Source: Thermoplasmata archaeon
GTDB lineage: Archaea > Thermoplasmatota > Thermoplasmata > Sysuiplasmatales > Sysuiplasmataceae
DNA length: 64,000 bases
Assembly (NCBI GenBank): GCA_021806165.1
Contig: JAJZXY010000004.1
Coordinates: 65,595 to 129,594 of the forward strand
Reading direction: 5' to 3'
Part shown: piece by piece, positions 17,822 through 26,913 of the stretch
Position numbering within the stretch: position 1 is the first letter of the stretch
Layout of the letters: the number at the start of each line of letters is the position of its first letter
Made by a program: the position numbers and the translations under genes
The notes under the pieces: generated by a model
Database searches by the model: none
What the model saw: only the letters and a program-made list of their open reading frames with translations
What the model was told of the DNA's origin: nothing

Positions 17822-19252
17822 TCACCTGTACTTGTAGTGACCCTCGAATATGTTCTCAGTGGTCTTTATCTGGTCCTTGACGTATTTCTCGAACTCAAGT
17901 TCGTCCAGATGCCTGTTGGACTCGAGGGAAATGACATTGTTCCACTTGTCCTCTATGAGGAAGCGCATCTTGTCCCTTACCGCCTCGGTGGGGATGCGGG
18001 AAATCACAGGATCAAAAAAGCCCATGACCATGAGCTTCTCCGCCTCATCACGCGAAAGTCCCCTCGTTTCCAGGTAGTAGAGCTGCCCCTCGTCCATTTG
18101 TGAAACAGACGCCGAATGTGTTGCCTTTACACCGTTTGTCAGTATCTCCAGTCCTGGAATAGCGTCACATTTGGCGTCCTTGCTGAGAAGCATACCGTGC
18201 TCGGCAAGGTAGGAGCTTGTGTTCGCTCCCCCTTCGCCTATGCGTATCATACCCCTGAGCAGGGACCTGCTCTTCTCCCTGAGAACGCTCCTGACAGTTA
18301 TCCTGCCGCTGGTGTCCGGAACTTCGTGGTGCAGATCAGTTACCACATCGAACCTCTGGCTGCCGTTTCCGAACAGTATTTCGTAATCCTCAGTGGTTGC
18401 CCCGCGGCCGGTGAACTTCGTGTCCGCCCTTGCCCTGGTCAGGTCCGAACCAATATAGCTGGAAACCCACCTGACGTTGCTTTCCTTCCCAGATAGTGAG
18501 CGCCTGTTGGATATGTAGACCGACTTCTGGGAAAGGTTCTCCAGGGATGCGTAACTCACCGACGAGCCGTCACCGGCGAAGATGTCGGTAACCTCGCTGA
18601 ACAGTGTTGGCTGTGAGCCGTTCTCGCGCGAAAGCACCTCCGAAAGTATCTCCACGGACGCGCCTTCCTCCAGATGAACTATGTTCTGGTGGAAGTGAGC
18701 GCTGCCGGGGGCATCGTCCACGAATACAGTATGGATAGGCTTTTTGAGGGTGGTGTTCCGCGGCACGTGGATGTAAGTACCTCCGGTCATCATTGCGTTG
18801 TTGAGCGCGACGTACATGTCATCCGAGGGTCTGAGCCCCTTTGACCCGAACAGTTCCTTCATCTTCTCCCCGTGGAGGGAGGAAGCAGTGCCCAGCTCCT
18901 CGATGATGACGCCATCTGGCAGGGATTTCCATTCGCTGTACAGTCCCGCACTGGACTGCACGCTGAAAATGCTGTCATCCCTGAGGCCGGCGAATTCGGC
19001 AGGGATCCTGTCCAGCGTTTCTGCAACAGGGGCTATCCTGAAGCCGCTGTCCTCGAATTTCGACAGATTCACGTACTTCTTGTAAAGCGGATTGGGCTCA
19101 GGTCTGGATGCGGCATAGACCGCAAGGGCCGCCTTCCTGTAATCGGTCAGCCAGGACTGTTCTCCCCTGAACCTGGGCAGCTGTTCCTCTTCCGGCTGTA
19201 GCAGACTCTGGGTAGCTGCTGTCAAAGGCACACACTCTCCTGTTTTCCTCAC
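17822..19252 (-). CDS. sufD: Fe-S cluster assembly protein SufD (SufB/SufD family paralog)
   Basis: 476 aa with a SufBD beta-helix domain. Its start overlaps the stop of sufB by 4 nt. Confidence 0.75.
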   Translation of the reverse strand: MRKTGECVPLTAATQSLLQPEEEQLPRFRGEQSWLTDYRKAALAVYAASRPEPNPLYKKYVNLSKFEDSGFRIAPVAETLDRIPAEFAGLRDDSIFSVQSSAGLYSEWKSLPDGVIIEELGTASSLHGEKMKELFGSKGLRPSDDMYVALNNAMMTGGTYIHVPRNTTLKKPIHTVFVDDAPGSAHFHQNIVHLEEGASVEILSEVLSRENGSQPTLFSEVTDIFAGDGSSVSYASLENLSQKSVYISNRRSLSGKESNVRWVSSYIGSDLTRARADTKFTGRGATTEDYEILFGNGSQRFDVVTDLHHEVPDTSGRITVRSVLREKSRSLLRGMIRIGEGGANTSSYLAEHGMLLSKDAKCDAIPGLEILTNGVKATHSASVSQMDEGQLYYLETRGLSRDEAEKLMVMGFFDPVISRIPTEAVRDKMRFLIEDKWNNVISLESNRHLDELEFEKYVKDQIKTTENIFEGHYKYR

Positions 19253-20664
19253 CCGACTGATCCAGTCATTTCGAGCTGAATCAGCCTGTTGAGCTCCACT
19301 GCATATTCCATCGGCAGCTCCTTGGAGAATACATCAAGGAAACCCATCACAATCATGTTCAGCGCATCGGCCTCTGAAAGACCCCTGGACATCAGATAGA
19401 AAAGCTGCTCTTCGCTTATTTTGCCCACAGTAGCCTCATGCGTCGTCGACGCGCTCTCCTCGTTGATTGTGTTGTAAGGGTAGGTGTCTGTCCTGGACTT
19501 CTCATCCACAAGTAGCGCGTCGCACCGCACGCTGCTCTTTGAGTTGAGGGCACCACGCTCAATATGAAGCTGCCCGCGATAGGTGGTTCTGCCACCGTCT
19601 TTGCTGACACTCTTGGAGGTGATCCTCGAGGTTGTGTCCTCGGCAAAGTGGAATATCTTGGCTCCGGCGTCCTGATGCTGTCCCTTTCCAGCAAACGCAA
19701 TTGAGATGACCTCGCCCTTTGCTCCCTTGCCTAGCAGGTAGACTGACGGGTATTTCATTGTGAGCTTCGAGCCTATGTTGCCGTCCACCCATTCCACGGT
19801 GGCGCCCTCGTATGCATAGGCGCGCTTGGTGACGAGGTTGTACACATTGTTGGACCAGTTCTGGATGGTTGTGTATCTCACATATGCGCCCTTCTTGGCG
19901 ATAATCTCCACTACCGCGGAGTGCAGAGAGTCGGAGGAGTATATTGGTGCGGTGCATCCTTCGATATAGTGCACCTTGCTGCCTTCGTCCGCAATAATAA
20001 GCGTGCGTTCGAACTGGCCGGCGTTCTTTGCGTTTATCCTGAAGTATGCCTGCAGCGGTATGTCTACCTCCACGCCCTTTGGGACATAGATGAAGCTGCC
20101 GCCGCTCCACACAGCGCTGTTCAGCGCAGCGAGCTTGTTGTCCTCGGGAGGAATTACAGTCCCGAAGTACTCCTTGAATATCTCTGGATGCTCCTGAAGA
20201 CCCTGATCGGTGCCCAGAAAGATTACGCCTTTCTTCTGCAGATCGTCCCTGATCTTGTGGTAGACGACTTCGCTGTCATACTGCGCTCCGACTCCACCCA
20301 GGAATTTTTTTTCCGCCTCAGGTATTCCCAGCTTGTCGAACGTATCCTTGATGTATGCGGGCACATCCTCCCACTTGTCAGACCCCCTCTCTGTGGGTGC
20401 CATGTAGTAGAATATGTCGTTGAAGTCCACATCCCCGAGCATGGGGCTGCCCCAGTCGGGCATCGGCTTCTTCAGGAATATGTCCAGGGACCTGAGCCTG
20501 AAGTCTGTCATCCACTGTGGCTCCTTCTTGAACTTCGAGATTGCCTGAACGACATCCCTGCTGAGTCCCTTCTGCGTCTGAAAGACGTACTTCGCGTCGG
20601 CATCGTGGAAGCCGTATCTGCTGTAGTCACGATCTATGATTTCATTCGTAGACATTTTCAACAC
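19249..20664 (-). CDS. sufB: Fe-S cluster assembly protein SufB
   Basis: 471 aa with the conserved SufB N-terminal region '[32 protein letters not shown]' and the SufBD core. Confidence 0.85.
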   Translation of the reverse strand: MLKMSTNEIIDRDYSRYGFHDADAKYVFQTQKGLSRDVVQAISKFKKEPQWMTDFRLRSLDIFLKKPMPDWGSPMLGDVDFNDIFYYMAPTERGSDKWEDVPAYIKDTFDKLGIPEAEKKFLGGVGAQYDSEVVYHKIRDDLQKKGVIFLGTDQGLQEHPEIFKEYFGTVIPPEDNKLAALNSAVWSGGSFIYVPKGVEVDIPLQAYFRINAKNAGQFERTLIIADEGSKVHYIEGCTAPIYSSDSLHSAVVEIIAKKGAYVRYTTIQNWSNNVYNLVTKRAYAYEGATVEWVDGNIGSKLTMKYPSVYLLGKGAKGEVISIAFAGKGQHQDAGAKIFHFAEDTTSRITSKSVSKDGGRTTYRGQLHIERGALNSKSSVRCDALLVDEKSRTDTYPYNTINEESASTTHEATVGKISEEQLFYLMSRGLSEADALNMIVMGFLDVFSKELPMEYAVELNRLIQLEMTGSVG

Positions 20665-20679
20665 TCCTTTACTTGATTT

Positions 20680-22104
20680 TCAGTATCTGGCCATTGAAGG
20701 GTCCACCTTCAACGCCCATTCCACTATCCCTCCGGTCAGATTCCTGACCTTCTTGAATCCTATATCCCTCATGAAGCGGACTGCATAGCTGCTGCGCTGC
20801 CCGCCCTTGCAGTAGACAACAATCTCGTCGGCGGTGCTCAGTTCGCTCACCCTCGAGGGCAGATCGTTGACAGGTATGAACAGCGATCCATCGATCCTGT
20901 TGATTTCCCATTCCTGTGGTTCCCTCACGTCCAAGACCACCACCGGCTCCTTCGCCTTCAGCTTCCTGTCAAGCTCCTCTGCGCTTATGGAGAGGTCGTC
21001 TGAAAGTTCATTTCCCCTGCCCAGGCCGCAGAACTCCTCATAATCTATCAGTTCATGCACCGTGGGATTTTCACCGCACACAGGGCACCGGGGGTTCTTG
21101 CGGAGCGTCAGCTCCTTGAACTTCATCTTCATGGCGTCAAAAAGGACGAGTCTCCCGATCAGCGGCTCCCCTTCTCCCAGTATCAGCTTGATGGTTTCCA
21201 TCGCCTGTATAGTGCCTATTATGCCGGGCAGGACGCCCACAACCCCGCCCTCAGCGCATGAGGGGACGAGCCCCGGGGGAGGGGGGTTTTCATAGAGGCA
21301 CCTGTAGCATGGCCCCTTCCTGGCATCAAAGACGGAAACCTGGCCCTCGAACCTGTATATTGACCCGTAAACGTTCGTCTTTCCAAGCAGAACGCATGCG
21401 TCATTGACCAGATACCTGGTCGGGAAATTGTCGGTGCCGTCTATTACTATGTCGAAGTTCTTTATTATGTCGAGTGCATTTTCAGAGGTTATCCTCTCCT
21501 CGAACTTGATTATCTTGACAGTGGGGTTGATTCCCTTAATGCGCTCCTCAGCGGAATCAATCTTCTTGCGCCCTACATCCTTCTCCGAATGTATCACCTG
21601 CCGCTGGAGATTGCTGAAATCCACAACATCAAAGTCCACTATGCCAATTGTCCCGACGCCTGCCGCGGCAAGATAGAGGAGAAGGGGGGAGCCAAGGCCG
21701 CCCGCACCTATGACGAGGACCTTTGCCCTCTTCAGCTTCAGCTGTCCGCTGAGCCCGACCTCTGGGAGGAGCAGATGGCGGCTGTAGCGCTGTATGTCGT
21801 CGTAGGTGAAGTCGCTGCCTGCACCTGAGGAACCGCCTGCTATTGAGGGTATGAGGAAAATGGTGTCGCCTTCATGCACAGGAGTGGTCCCGCGCTGCAG
21901 GTACCGTATATCCTCGTCGTTCAGGTATACATTCACGAAATTCCTGAGCTGCCCGCTGTCATCAAACAGGTGTCTCTTCAGCTGCTGGTTTGCAGCCGTG
22001 ACATTGCTCAGGACCTCATCCACTGTCGCACCGTCGGCCGTGACAGCATCCCTGTTGCCCACGTAGGGCCTCAGGGGCGTTGGTATCATTACTTTCACAC
22101 TCAT
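20680..22104 (-). CDS. Fusion protein of a CysO-like ThiS/MoaD sulfur carrier (ends ..IAGG), a MoeB/ThiF E1-like adenylyltransferase and a rhodanese domain (MoeZ-like)
   Basis: Residues 1-91 'MSVKVMIPTPLRPYVGNRDAV...FVNVYLNDEDIRY...DTIFLIPSIAGG' form a beta-grasp carrier with a C-terminal diglycine. The linker 'SSGAGSDF' leads into E1 'YSRHLLLPEVGLSGQLKLKRAKVLVIGAGGLGS', which includes two CxxC pairs. The C-terminal rhodanese carries 'VVYCKGGQRS'. The start overlaps the cysM stop. Confidence 0.75.
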   Translation of the reverse strand: MSVKVMIPTPLRPYVGNRDAVTADGATVDEVLSNVTAANQQLKRHLFDDSGQLRNFVNVYLNDEDIRYLQRGTTPVHEGDTIFLIPSIAGGSSGAGSDFTYDDIQRYSRHLLLPEVGLSGQLKLKRAKVLVIGAGGLGSPLLLYLAAAGVGTIGIVDFDVVDFSNLQRQVIHSEKDVGRKKIDSAEERIKGINPTVKIIKFEERITSENALDIIKNFDIVIDGTDNFPTRYLVNDACVLLGKTNVYGSIYRFEGQVSVFDARKGPCYRCLYENPPPPGLVPSCAEGGVVGVLPGIIGTIQAMETIKLILGEGEPLIGRLVLFDAMKMKFKELTLRKNPRCPVCGENPTVHELIDYEEFCGLGRGNELSDDLSISAEELDRKLKAKEPVVVLDVREPQEWEINRIDGSLFIPVNDLPSRVSELSTADEIVVYCKGGQRSSYAVRFMRDIGFKKVRNLTGGIVEWALKVDPSMARY

Positions 22105-23033
22105 TCCTTGACCTCCCAGAACTTTTCACCCAGGTATTTCTGCCCACCGTCGGGGAAGACTGTCACAAAGGAGCCTCCGCCGTGCTCCCTTGCAATCTTC
22201 AGGCAGGCAACGACCGCCGCACCCGAGCTGGGTCCAACGAGCAGGCCCTCCTGTCTTGCAAGGCGCCTTACAGCACCCTGCGCTTCTTCGGTGGTCACGT
22301 CGACATGCATGTCTGCCAGGGTATCGTCGTATATCCCCGGCCTTATAGAGGCATCCATCCTCTTGAGTCCCTCAAGACCGTGAAATGGCCCGTCCGGCTC
22401 AACTGAAACTCTCTTAATCTCCGGAAAGACCTCCCTGAGATACCGGCTCACCCCTGTGAAAGTGCCTCCCGTGCCCACGCCTGCAACAAAGTAGTCGAAA
22501 TGCCCCCTTGTCTGTGAGACAATCTCGACTGCGGTGCCTTCATAGTGGGCCCGCCAGTTGGAATCGTTGTTGTACTGGTCAGCGTAGAAATACAGTTCAG
22601 GTTCCTCTTCGGACATCTTCCTGGCCAACCGCTGCGCACCGTCTGTACCTTCCAGCGGATCTGAAAGGACGAGATCCGCACCGTACGCGGTAAGCATCTC
22701 GATCTTCTCCCTTGCCACATTCCTCGGGATCACGAGCCTGCACCTGTACCCCTTGACAGCGCAAATCATGGCGTATGCAATGGCAGTGTTCCCTGACGAG
22801 GCGTCCAGAAGTATCCTGCCGTTGCCGAGTAATCCCTGTTTCTCAGCATCCTCAATGATCTTGCTGGCAGCGCGGTCCTTTACACTTCCTCCCGGATTGA
22901 AACACTCTGCCTTGGCATAAATCCGTGTGCCTGGCATGTCTGAAGTCATCTTCCTGAGAGCCAGAAGCGGAGTGTTGCCTATCCTGCTAAGAAGTGACCA
23001 TCCTGCATCATAGGCGAGGTTGTTACGCATCAA
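22101..23033 (-). CDS. cysM: Cysteine synthase family PLP enzyme (CysM/CysK-like; candidate sulfur-carrier-thiocarboxylate-dependent sulfhydrylase)
   Basis: PLP-binding 'GGSVKDRAA' and 'DASSGNTAIAYAM'. 310 aa. Translationally coupled (ATGA overlap) to the CysO::MoeZ gene. Confidence 0.8.
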   Translation of the reverse strand: MMRNNLAYDAGWSLLSRIGNTPLLALRKMTSDMPGTRIYAKAECFNPGGSVKDRAASKIIEDAEKQGLLGNGRILLDASSGNTAIAYAMICAVKGYRCRLVIPRNVAREKIEMLTAYGADLVLSDPLEGTDGAQRLARKMSEEEPELYFYADQYNNDSNWRAHYEGTAVEIVSQTRGHFDYFVAGVGTGGTFTGVSRYLREVFPEIKRVSVEPDGPFHGLEGLKRMDASIRPGIYDDTLADMHVDVTTEEAQGAVRRLARQEGLLVGPSSGAAVVACLKIAREHGGGSFVTVFPDGGQKYLGEKFWEVKE

Positions 23034-23401
23034 CGGGTCTCACCCGCTGCTTCCTGAAATACCTTCAGTCCCAGTGTCGCACACTTGAGACGAACTGCGC
23101 TGAGCGGTATGTGAAGCATCTCCTTTACACCGTCTATATCCATCTTCCTTGCCTCTTCAAGGCTCATGCCCTTCAGTTTGTCTGTCAGCATGGAGACTGA
23201 AGCCTGGCTGATGGCGCAGCCACGGCCATCAAATGAGACGGCCGAAATCTTGCCATCCGATATTTTGACATATATGCTTATGTCATCGCCGCAGACCGGA
23301 TTGTTTCCGTGGCCGAAGAGATCAGGATGCTCAATGCTTCCCTTGTTGTGCGGATTCTTGTAGTGTTCAAGAATCTCCTCCTGGTAGATGTCGTAGGCCA
23401 T
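23030..23401 (-). CDS. sufU: SufU/IscU-like (NifU N-terminal domain) Fe-S scaffold or sulfurtransferase
   Basis: 'NPVCGDDISIYVKI', 'GRGCAISQASVSML' and 'KCATL' give the three conserved Cys. 123 aa. Confidence 0.75.
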   Translation of the reverse strand: MAYDIYQEEILEHYKNPHNKGSIEHPDLFGHGNNPVCGDDISIYVKISDGKISAVSFDGRGCAISQASVSMLTDKLKGMSLEEARKMDIDGVKEMLHIPLSAVRLKCATLGLKVFQEAAGETR

Positions 23402-23412
23402 TTCTTTTATCC

Positions 23413-24186
23413 TCAGTTTGTTATGGCGGGCTCCCTGAGCCAGTCGTATCCCTTCTCCTCAAGCTCCTTTGCGAGCTCCTTTCCGCCGCTCTTCACGATT
23501 CTGCCATCGACGACTACGTGAACAAACTGCGGCGTTATGTACTGCAGTAGGCGCTGGTAGTGTGTGACAAGGATAAGGCCAACGTCCGGGCCGGCCATGG
23601 TGTTTATTGCATTTGCAACAACTTTCAGCGAATCAATGTCGAGCCCGCTGTCTGTCTCATCGAGTATTGCAAACCTTGGCTGCAGGACGGCCATCTGGAG
23701 GACCTCTGCCCTCTTCTTTTCGCCGCCGGAGAATCCCTCATTCAGGGACCTGCCTATGAAATTCTCGTCAATGCCGAGAGCGTTGACCTTCTCCTTGAGC
23801 AGCCTGAAGAATTTCGTCGGGCTGAGCTGATTGTCACTGTGGACTGCATTGTATGCAATCCTCAGGAAGTTCCCTAGCCTTACTCCCGGTATCTCAACCG
23901 GGTACTGGAATCCAAGGAAGAGGCCTAGTTTGGCCCTCTTGTCGGGAGTCAGCGACAGAACGTCCGTTCCGTCCACCTTCACCTCTCCCCCGGTAATCTG
24001 GTATTTTGGATGGCCCATGAGCGAATAGCTCAGCGTGCTCTTTCCAGATCCGTTGGGGCCCATTATCGCATGTATCTCACCCTGCTTCACGTCGAGGTTG
24101 ATTCCTTTTAGAATCTGCTTGCCTTCAATATTGACTTTCAGGTCCTTAATAGAGAGTTCCGATGACATTTCCTGTACCTCTGACAC
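23413..24186 (-). CDS. sufC: Fe-S cluster assembly ATPase SufC
   Basis: Walker A 'GPNGSGKST', signature 'FSGGEKKR', Walker B 'AILDETDSGLD'. 257 aa. First gene of the operon. Confidence 0.9.
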   Translation of the reverse strand: MSEVQEMSSELSIKDLKVNIEGKQILKGINLDVKQGEIHAIMGPNGSGKSTLSYSLMGHPKYQITGGEVKVDGTDVLSLTPDKRAKLGLFLGFQYPVEIPGVRLGNFLRIAYNAVHSDNQLSPTKFFRLLKEKVNALGIDENFIGRSLNEGFSGGEKKRAEVLQMAVLQPRFAILDETDSGLDIDSLKVVANAINTMAGPDVGLILVTHYQRLLQYITPQFVHVVVDGRIVKSGGKELAKELEEKGYDWLREPAITN

Positions 24187-24303
24187 CCAGTGGGCACTGT
24201 TTCAATTTCATCAATAAAGGCAAATCATATTTAAACATATCTTACTGTGTAAACTGCACAATGTTAATATACACACTACGGAGTAACTGGTGCAGGTAAG
24301 ACT
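24187..24303. promoter_or_regulatory. Divergent promoter and operator region between sufC and the Cys-rich HTH regulator
   Basis: AT-rich 117-nt gap with TATA-like boxes for both strands ('ttaatatac' ~30 nt upstream of the regulator ATG; 'ctttattgatg'/'tttaaatatg' on the sufC side). Contains a short palindrome 'cagtgggcactg' and an imperfect inverted repeat 'tgtgtaaa...tatacaca'. Confidence 0.35.
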
Positions 24304-24936
24304 GTGGACGCTGACATTTCAATGCTTGGCGAGTCAAAAGCCCGCATCATAAACTACCTTGGCGAAGGCGAGAAGTCGGGTAGCGAGCTTTCCTCCATGC
24401 TGAGCATCAACCAGACCGCCGTGAGAGAGCACGCCCAGGCGCTGGAGCGGATGGGGATAGTACAGGCAAGGTTCATAAGAACAGGCATAGGCCGCCCCAA
24501 GAAGCGCTATTCACTTACCCCCTTTGGTGTTGAACTGCTTCCAAAGCATTACGATGTCATGCTCAACGTGCTGATAAAGAAAATATGGGAGAGGGGTGGC
24601 GATGTTCTTCTCAGCCAGCTCATGTCGGACGTGGTGAAGGAGCTAGCCGACAGCTCGGCTAGCGAGGAGGGACTGACGCTCGAGCAGAGGGTGAACAGGG
24701 TAGTGGACTTCCTGAACCGCATGGGGTTCATGGCAACGGTCGAAAAGAGCGGCGAACAGCTGTCTGTTGTGAGACACAACTGCATCTTCAACAAGACTGC
24801 CAAGCTTTATTCAGGCGTCCTCTGCAGCGAGTGTGACACAGTGCTTATCAAAGAACCCATTGGCAGTAGGGAGATAGAGCTTGTCGAATGCATAGGCAAG
24901 GGCGACACTTCCTGCAGGAACGTAATCAAGGCGTGA
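24304..24936 (+). CDS. Winged-helix (ArsR-like) transcriptional regulator with a C-terminal Cys-rich, possibly Fe-S or metal-sensing, domain. It is the putative suf operon regulator.
   Basis: N-terminal HTH 'SKARIINYLGEGEKSGSELSSMLSINQTAVREHAQALERMGIV'. The C-terminal region carries C-x13-C-x2-C-x19-C-x8-C. It is divergently transcribed from sufC. Confidence 0.5.
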   Translation: MDADISMLGESKARIINYLGEGEKSGSELSSMLSINQTAVREHAQALERMGIVQARFIRTGIGRPKKRYSLTPFGVELLPKHYDVMLNVLIKKIWERGGDVLLSQLMSDVVKELADSSASEEGLTLEQRVNRVVDFLNRMGFMATVEKSGEQLSVVRHNCIFNKTAKLYSGVLCSECDTVLIKEPIGSREIELVECIGKGDTSCRNVIKA

Positions 24937-25008
24937 AATCCGATTATACTCCATTCGATAGGTGTTAAATAACTGCTTTATACCTTCACACCCATTTTTC
25001 GAACTGGT

Positions 25009-25977
25009 ATGAAGAGAAGACTCCTGTTCCAGGCCGCTGTCATAGGGCTTGCGGCGCTACTTCTGATGCCGCTCCTTTTCAGCGGAGCCGCAAGGGCGGA
25101 TGACGGAGGAGACAGGGAGACTTCGGTTAACGTCCAGGGACACGGCGGGTACTTTACAATCGACTCGCAGTCAACCAACCAGGTGGGACCCAGGAACGAG
25201 TACAGCATGGTTTTTGCAGCCAACTCATTCTTAATGCAATTCAAGAATGATTCCCAGAAGGCGGGGTATACTCTGCAGTTCAACATCCAGCTTCTGGATC
25301 TCCTGCTGGTTGGTCCCGGCAACATTACCGTCCTGCTGAACTTCTCACAGCAGGAGTTCAGCGTCTACCAGATACCATCCACAGTCAACGGGCTCAGCAC
25401 CTTTGCACTGAGCACAGAATCGGACAGTGCGACGTTCATGATGACCGTGCAGGTATCCAATACGCCCACATCAGTGCTTCCGCAGAACTCCTCAACCGCA
25501 ATCCAGCTTACTCCAAATGAAGTGAAAATCTCATTTATGATACAGCTTGGGAAGGTGAACGACGGCGGCTTCCGTAACCAGAGGGGCGGCCAGCCGCCCA
25601 ACGGCAGCATCGTGCTTCAGCTGGGCGTCAGTTCGGTCAATTCCACGATATCCCAGGTGGAGAATATGAGTGCTTACTCGCAAATCGGTTTCACCCAGGG
25701 TATGAATAGCGGTTACTTCTCCTGGGAAAACAGCGCGCTAGCCGATGGCAGGAATGTAACCGTCAATTCCTCATTCTCACCTGCTGTCGGAACACTTTCG
25801 CTTGCCTACCCCGCTGCATCGACCATCATCCATGACCCGTACATAGGCATCTCCCCGGGGACAATTGTGAATGCTCTGGTGTCCAGTCCCGGGAACATTG
25901 TAATATACGCGGTGACACTAGCGATTTCAGCAGCGCTTATCGGCGGGGCTGTGACTGCAAGGCGCAGGCGCGGATAG
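25009..25977 (+). CDS. Secreted or cell-surface protein with an N-terminal signal peptide and a C-terminal TM anchor plus Arg tail
   Basis: N-terminus 'MKRRLLFQAAVIGLAALLLMPLLFSGAARA' and a Ser/Thr/Asn-rich body with many N-x-S/T sequons. C-terminus 'IYAVTLAISAALIGGAVTARRRRG'. Confidence 0.5.
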   Translation: MKRRLLFQAAVIGLAALLLMPLLFSGAARADDGGDRETSVNVQGHGGYFTIDSQSTNQVGPRNEYSMVFAANSFLMQFKNDSQKAGYTLQFNIQLLDLLLVGPGNITVLLNFSQQEFSVYQIPSTVNGLSTFALSTESDSATFMMTVQVSNTPTSVLPQNSSTAIQLTPNEVKISFMIQLGKVNDGGFRNQRGGQPPNGSIVLQLGVSSVNSTISQVENMSAYSQIGFTQGMNSGYFSWENSALADGRNVTVNSSFSPAVGTLSLAYPAASTIIHDPYIGISPGTIVNALVSSPGNIVIYAVTLAISAALIGGAVTARRRRG

Positions 25978-26000
25978 GCGTGTGCGGGTTCAGTGCTTGA

Positions 26001-26282
26001 ATGACTCTCCTGAGCATAGGGACTGCGGAAAATGTGGTCGCAGCTGTTCTTGCAGTCCTCTCATTCACGCTTCTCCTGATTTCGATTGCTTCGTACAGGA
26101 GAAGCAGAAATCCAAGACTCGCGCTGATTTCGTCATCCTTCCTCCTGTTTTTCTTTGAAGGCGCTCTGTTCACATACCAGCTGTTCTATGGTTCTTTCAC
26201 ATCCCAGATGTTTTTCACAATCACTGGAATCATCAATGTGGCAATACTCCTGCTTATATTCACGGCCACTTTCAAGAGGTAG
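26001..26282 (+). CDS. Small membrane protein (3 predicted TM helices)
   Basis: 93 aa, entirely hydrophobic helices. Sits between the surface protein and the wHTH regulator. Confidence 0.35.
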   Translation: MTLLSIGTAENVVAAVLAVLSFTLLLISIASYRRSRNPRLALISSSFLLFFFEGALFTYQLFYGSFTSQMFFTITGIINVAILLLIFTATFKR

Positions 26283-26299
26283 CACGGGGGATTGCATCC

Positions 26300-26851
26300 T
26301 TGGGGGATGAGACTCTCGAACTTGAAACCAGAAGGAGGATCTACGAGGCAGTCAGGAAATTTCCCGGCATCCACCTGAGGGAGCTGTCGAGACAGCTGGG
26401 ACTGAGCGTACCGCTTGTGGATTACCACCTGAACTTCCTGGACAAGTACGGAATGGTTTCAGGTATTGCGGATGAGCAGTACAGGAGATTCTACCCAAGG
26501 GATCCGATTGGTGCGGAGAACAAGACGGACGTTCTTTCAGCCGACGAGAAGAGAGTTGTTGCGCTGCTGCGGCAGCGCATACCACTGCAGATAGTCCTGT
26601 TCCTGTTGAAAAACGGGACAGCTCAGCATAAGCAAATGGTCCCGCTGATGGGCATTTCACCCTCTACTCTCTCCCACCACCTCAACAAGCTCCACAGGAG
26701 GGGAATTCTTGTCAAGACCGTTTCCGGGGAGGAAAGGGGTTACAGGCTTGCGAACGAGGGACAGATCGCGAGGCTGTTGCTGACTTATGAGCCTCCGCCC
26801 GGGACTCTGGTGGACAGTTTCATAGAGATTTGGGAAGAATTCCACCAGTAG
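26300..26851 (+). CDS. Transcriptional regulator with two winged-HTH domains
   Basis: 'RRRIYEAVRKFPGIHLRELSRQLGLSVPLVDYHLNFLDKYGMV' and a second wHTH 'MVPLMGISPSTLSHHLNKLHRRGILVK'. Confidence 0.5.
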   Translation: MGDETLELETRRRIYEAVRKFPGIHLRELSRQLGLSVPLVDYHLNFLDKYGMVSGIADEQYRRFYPRDPIGAENKTDVLSADEKRVVALLRQRIPLQIVLFLLKNGTAQHKQMVPLMGISPSTLSHHLNKLHRRGILVKTVSGEERGYRLANEGQIARLLLTYEPPPGTLVDSFIEIWEEFHQ

Positions 26852-26913
26852 GCTGCTGGAAACTTAATATAATACCGCGAACTGGATTCCTTCCTGTCCG
26901 GCGTGGTGCACTT

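Noticed and set aside
19559-20676. Two long ORFs (183 and 251 aa) overlapping sufB on other frames or the opposite strand
   Set aside because: Low-complexity Arg/Gly/His-rich translations typical of spurious ORFs. SufB is unambiguous.
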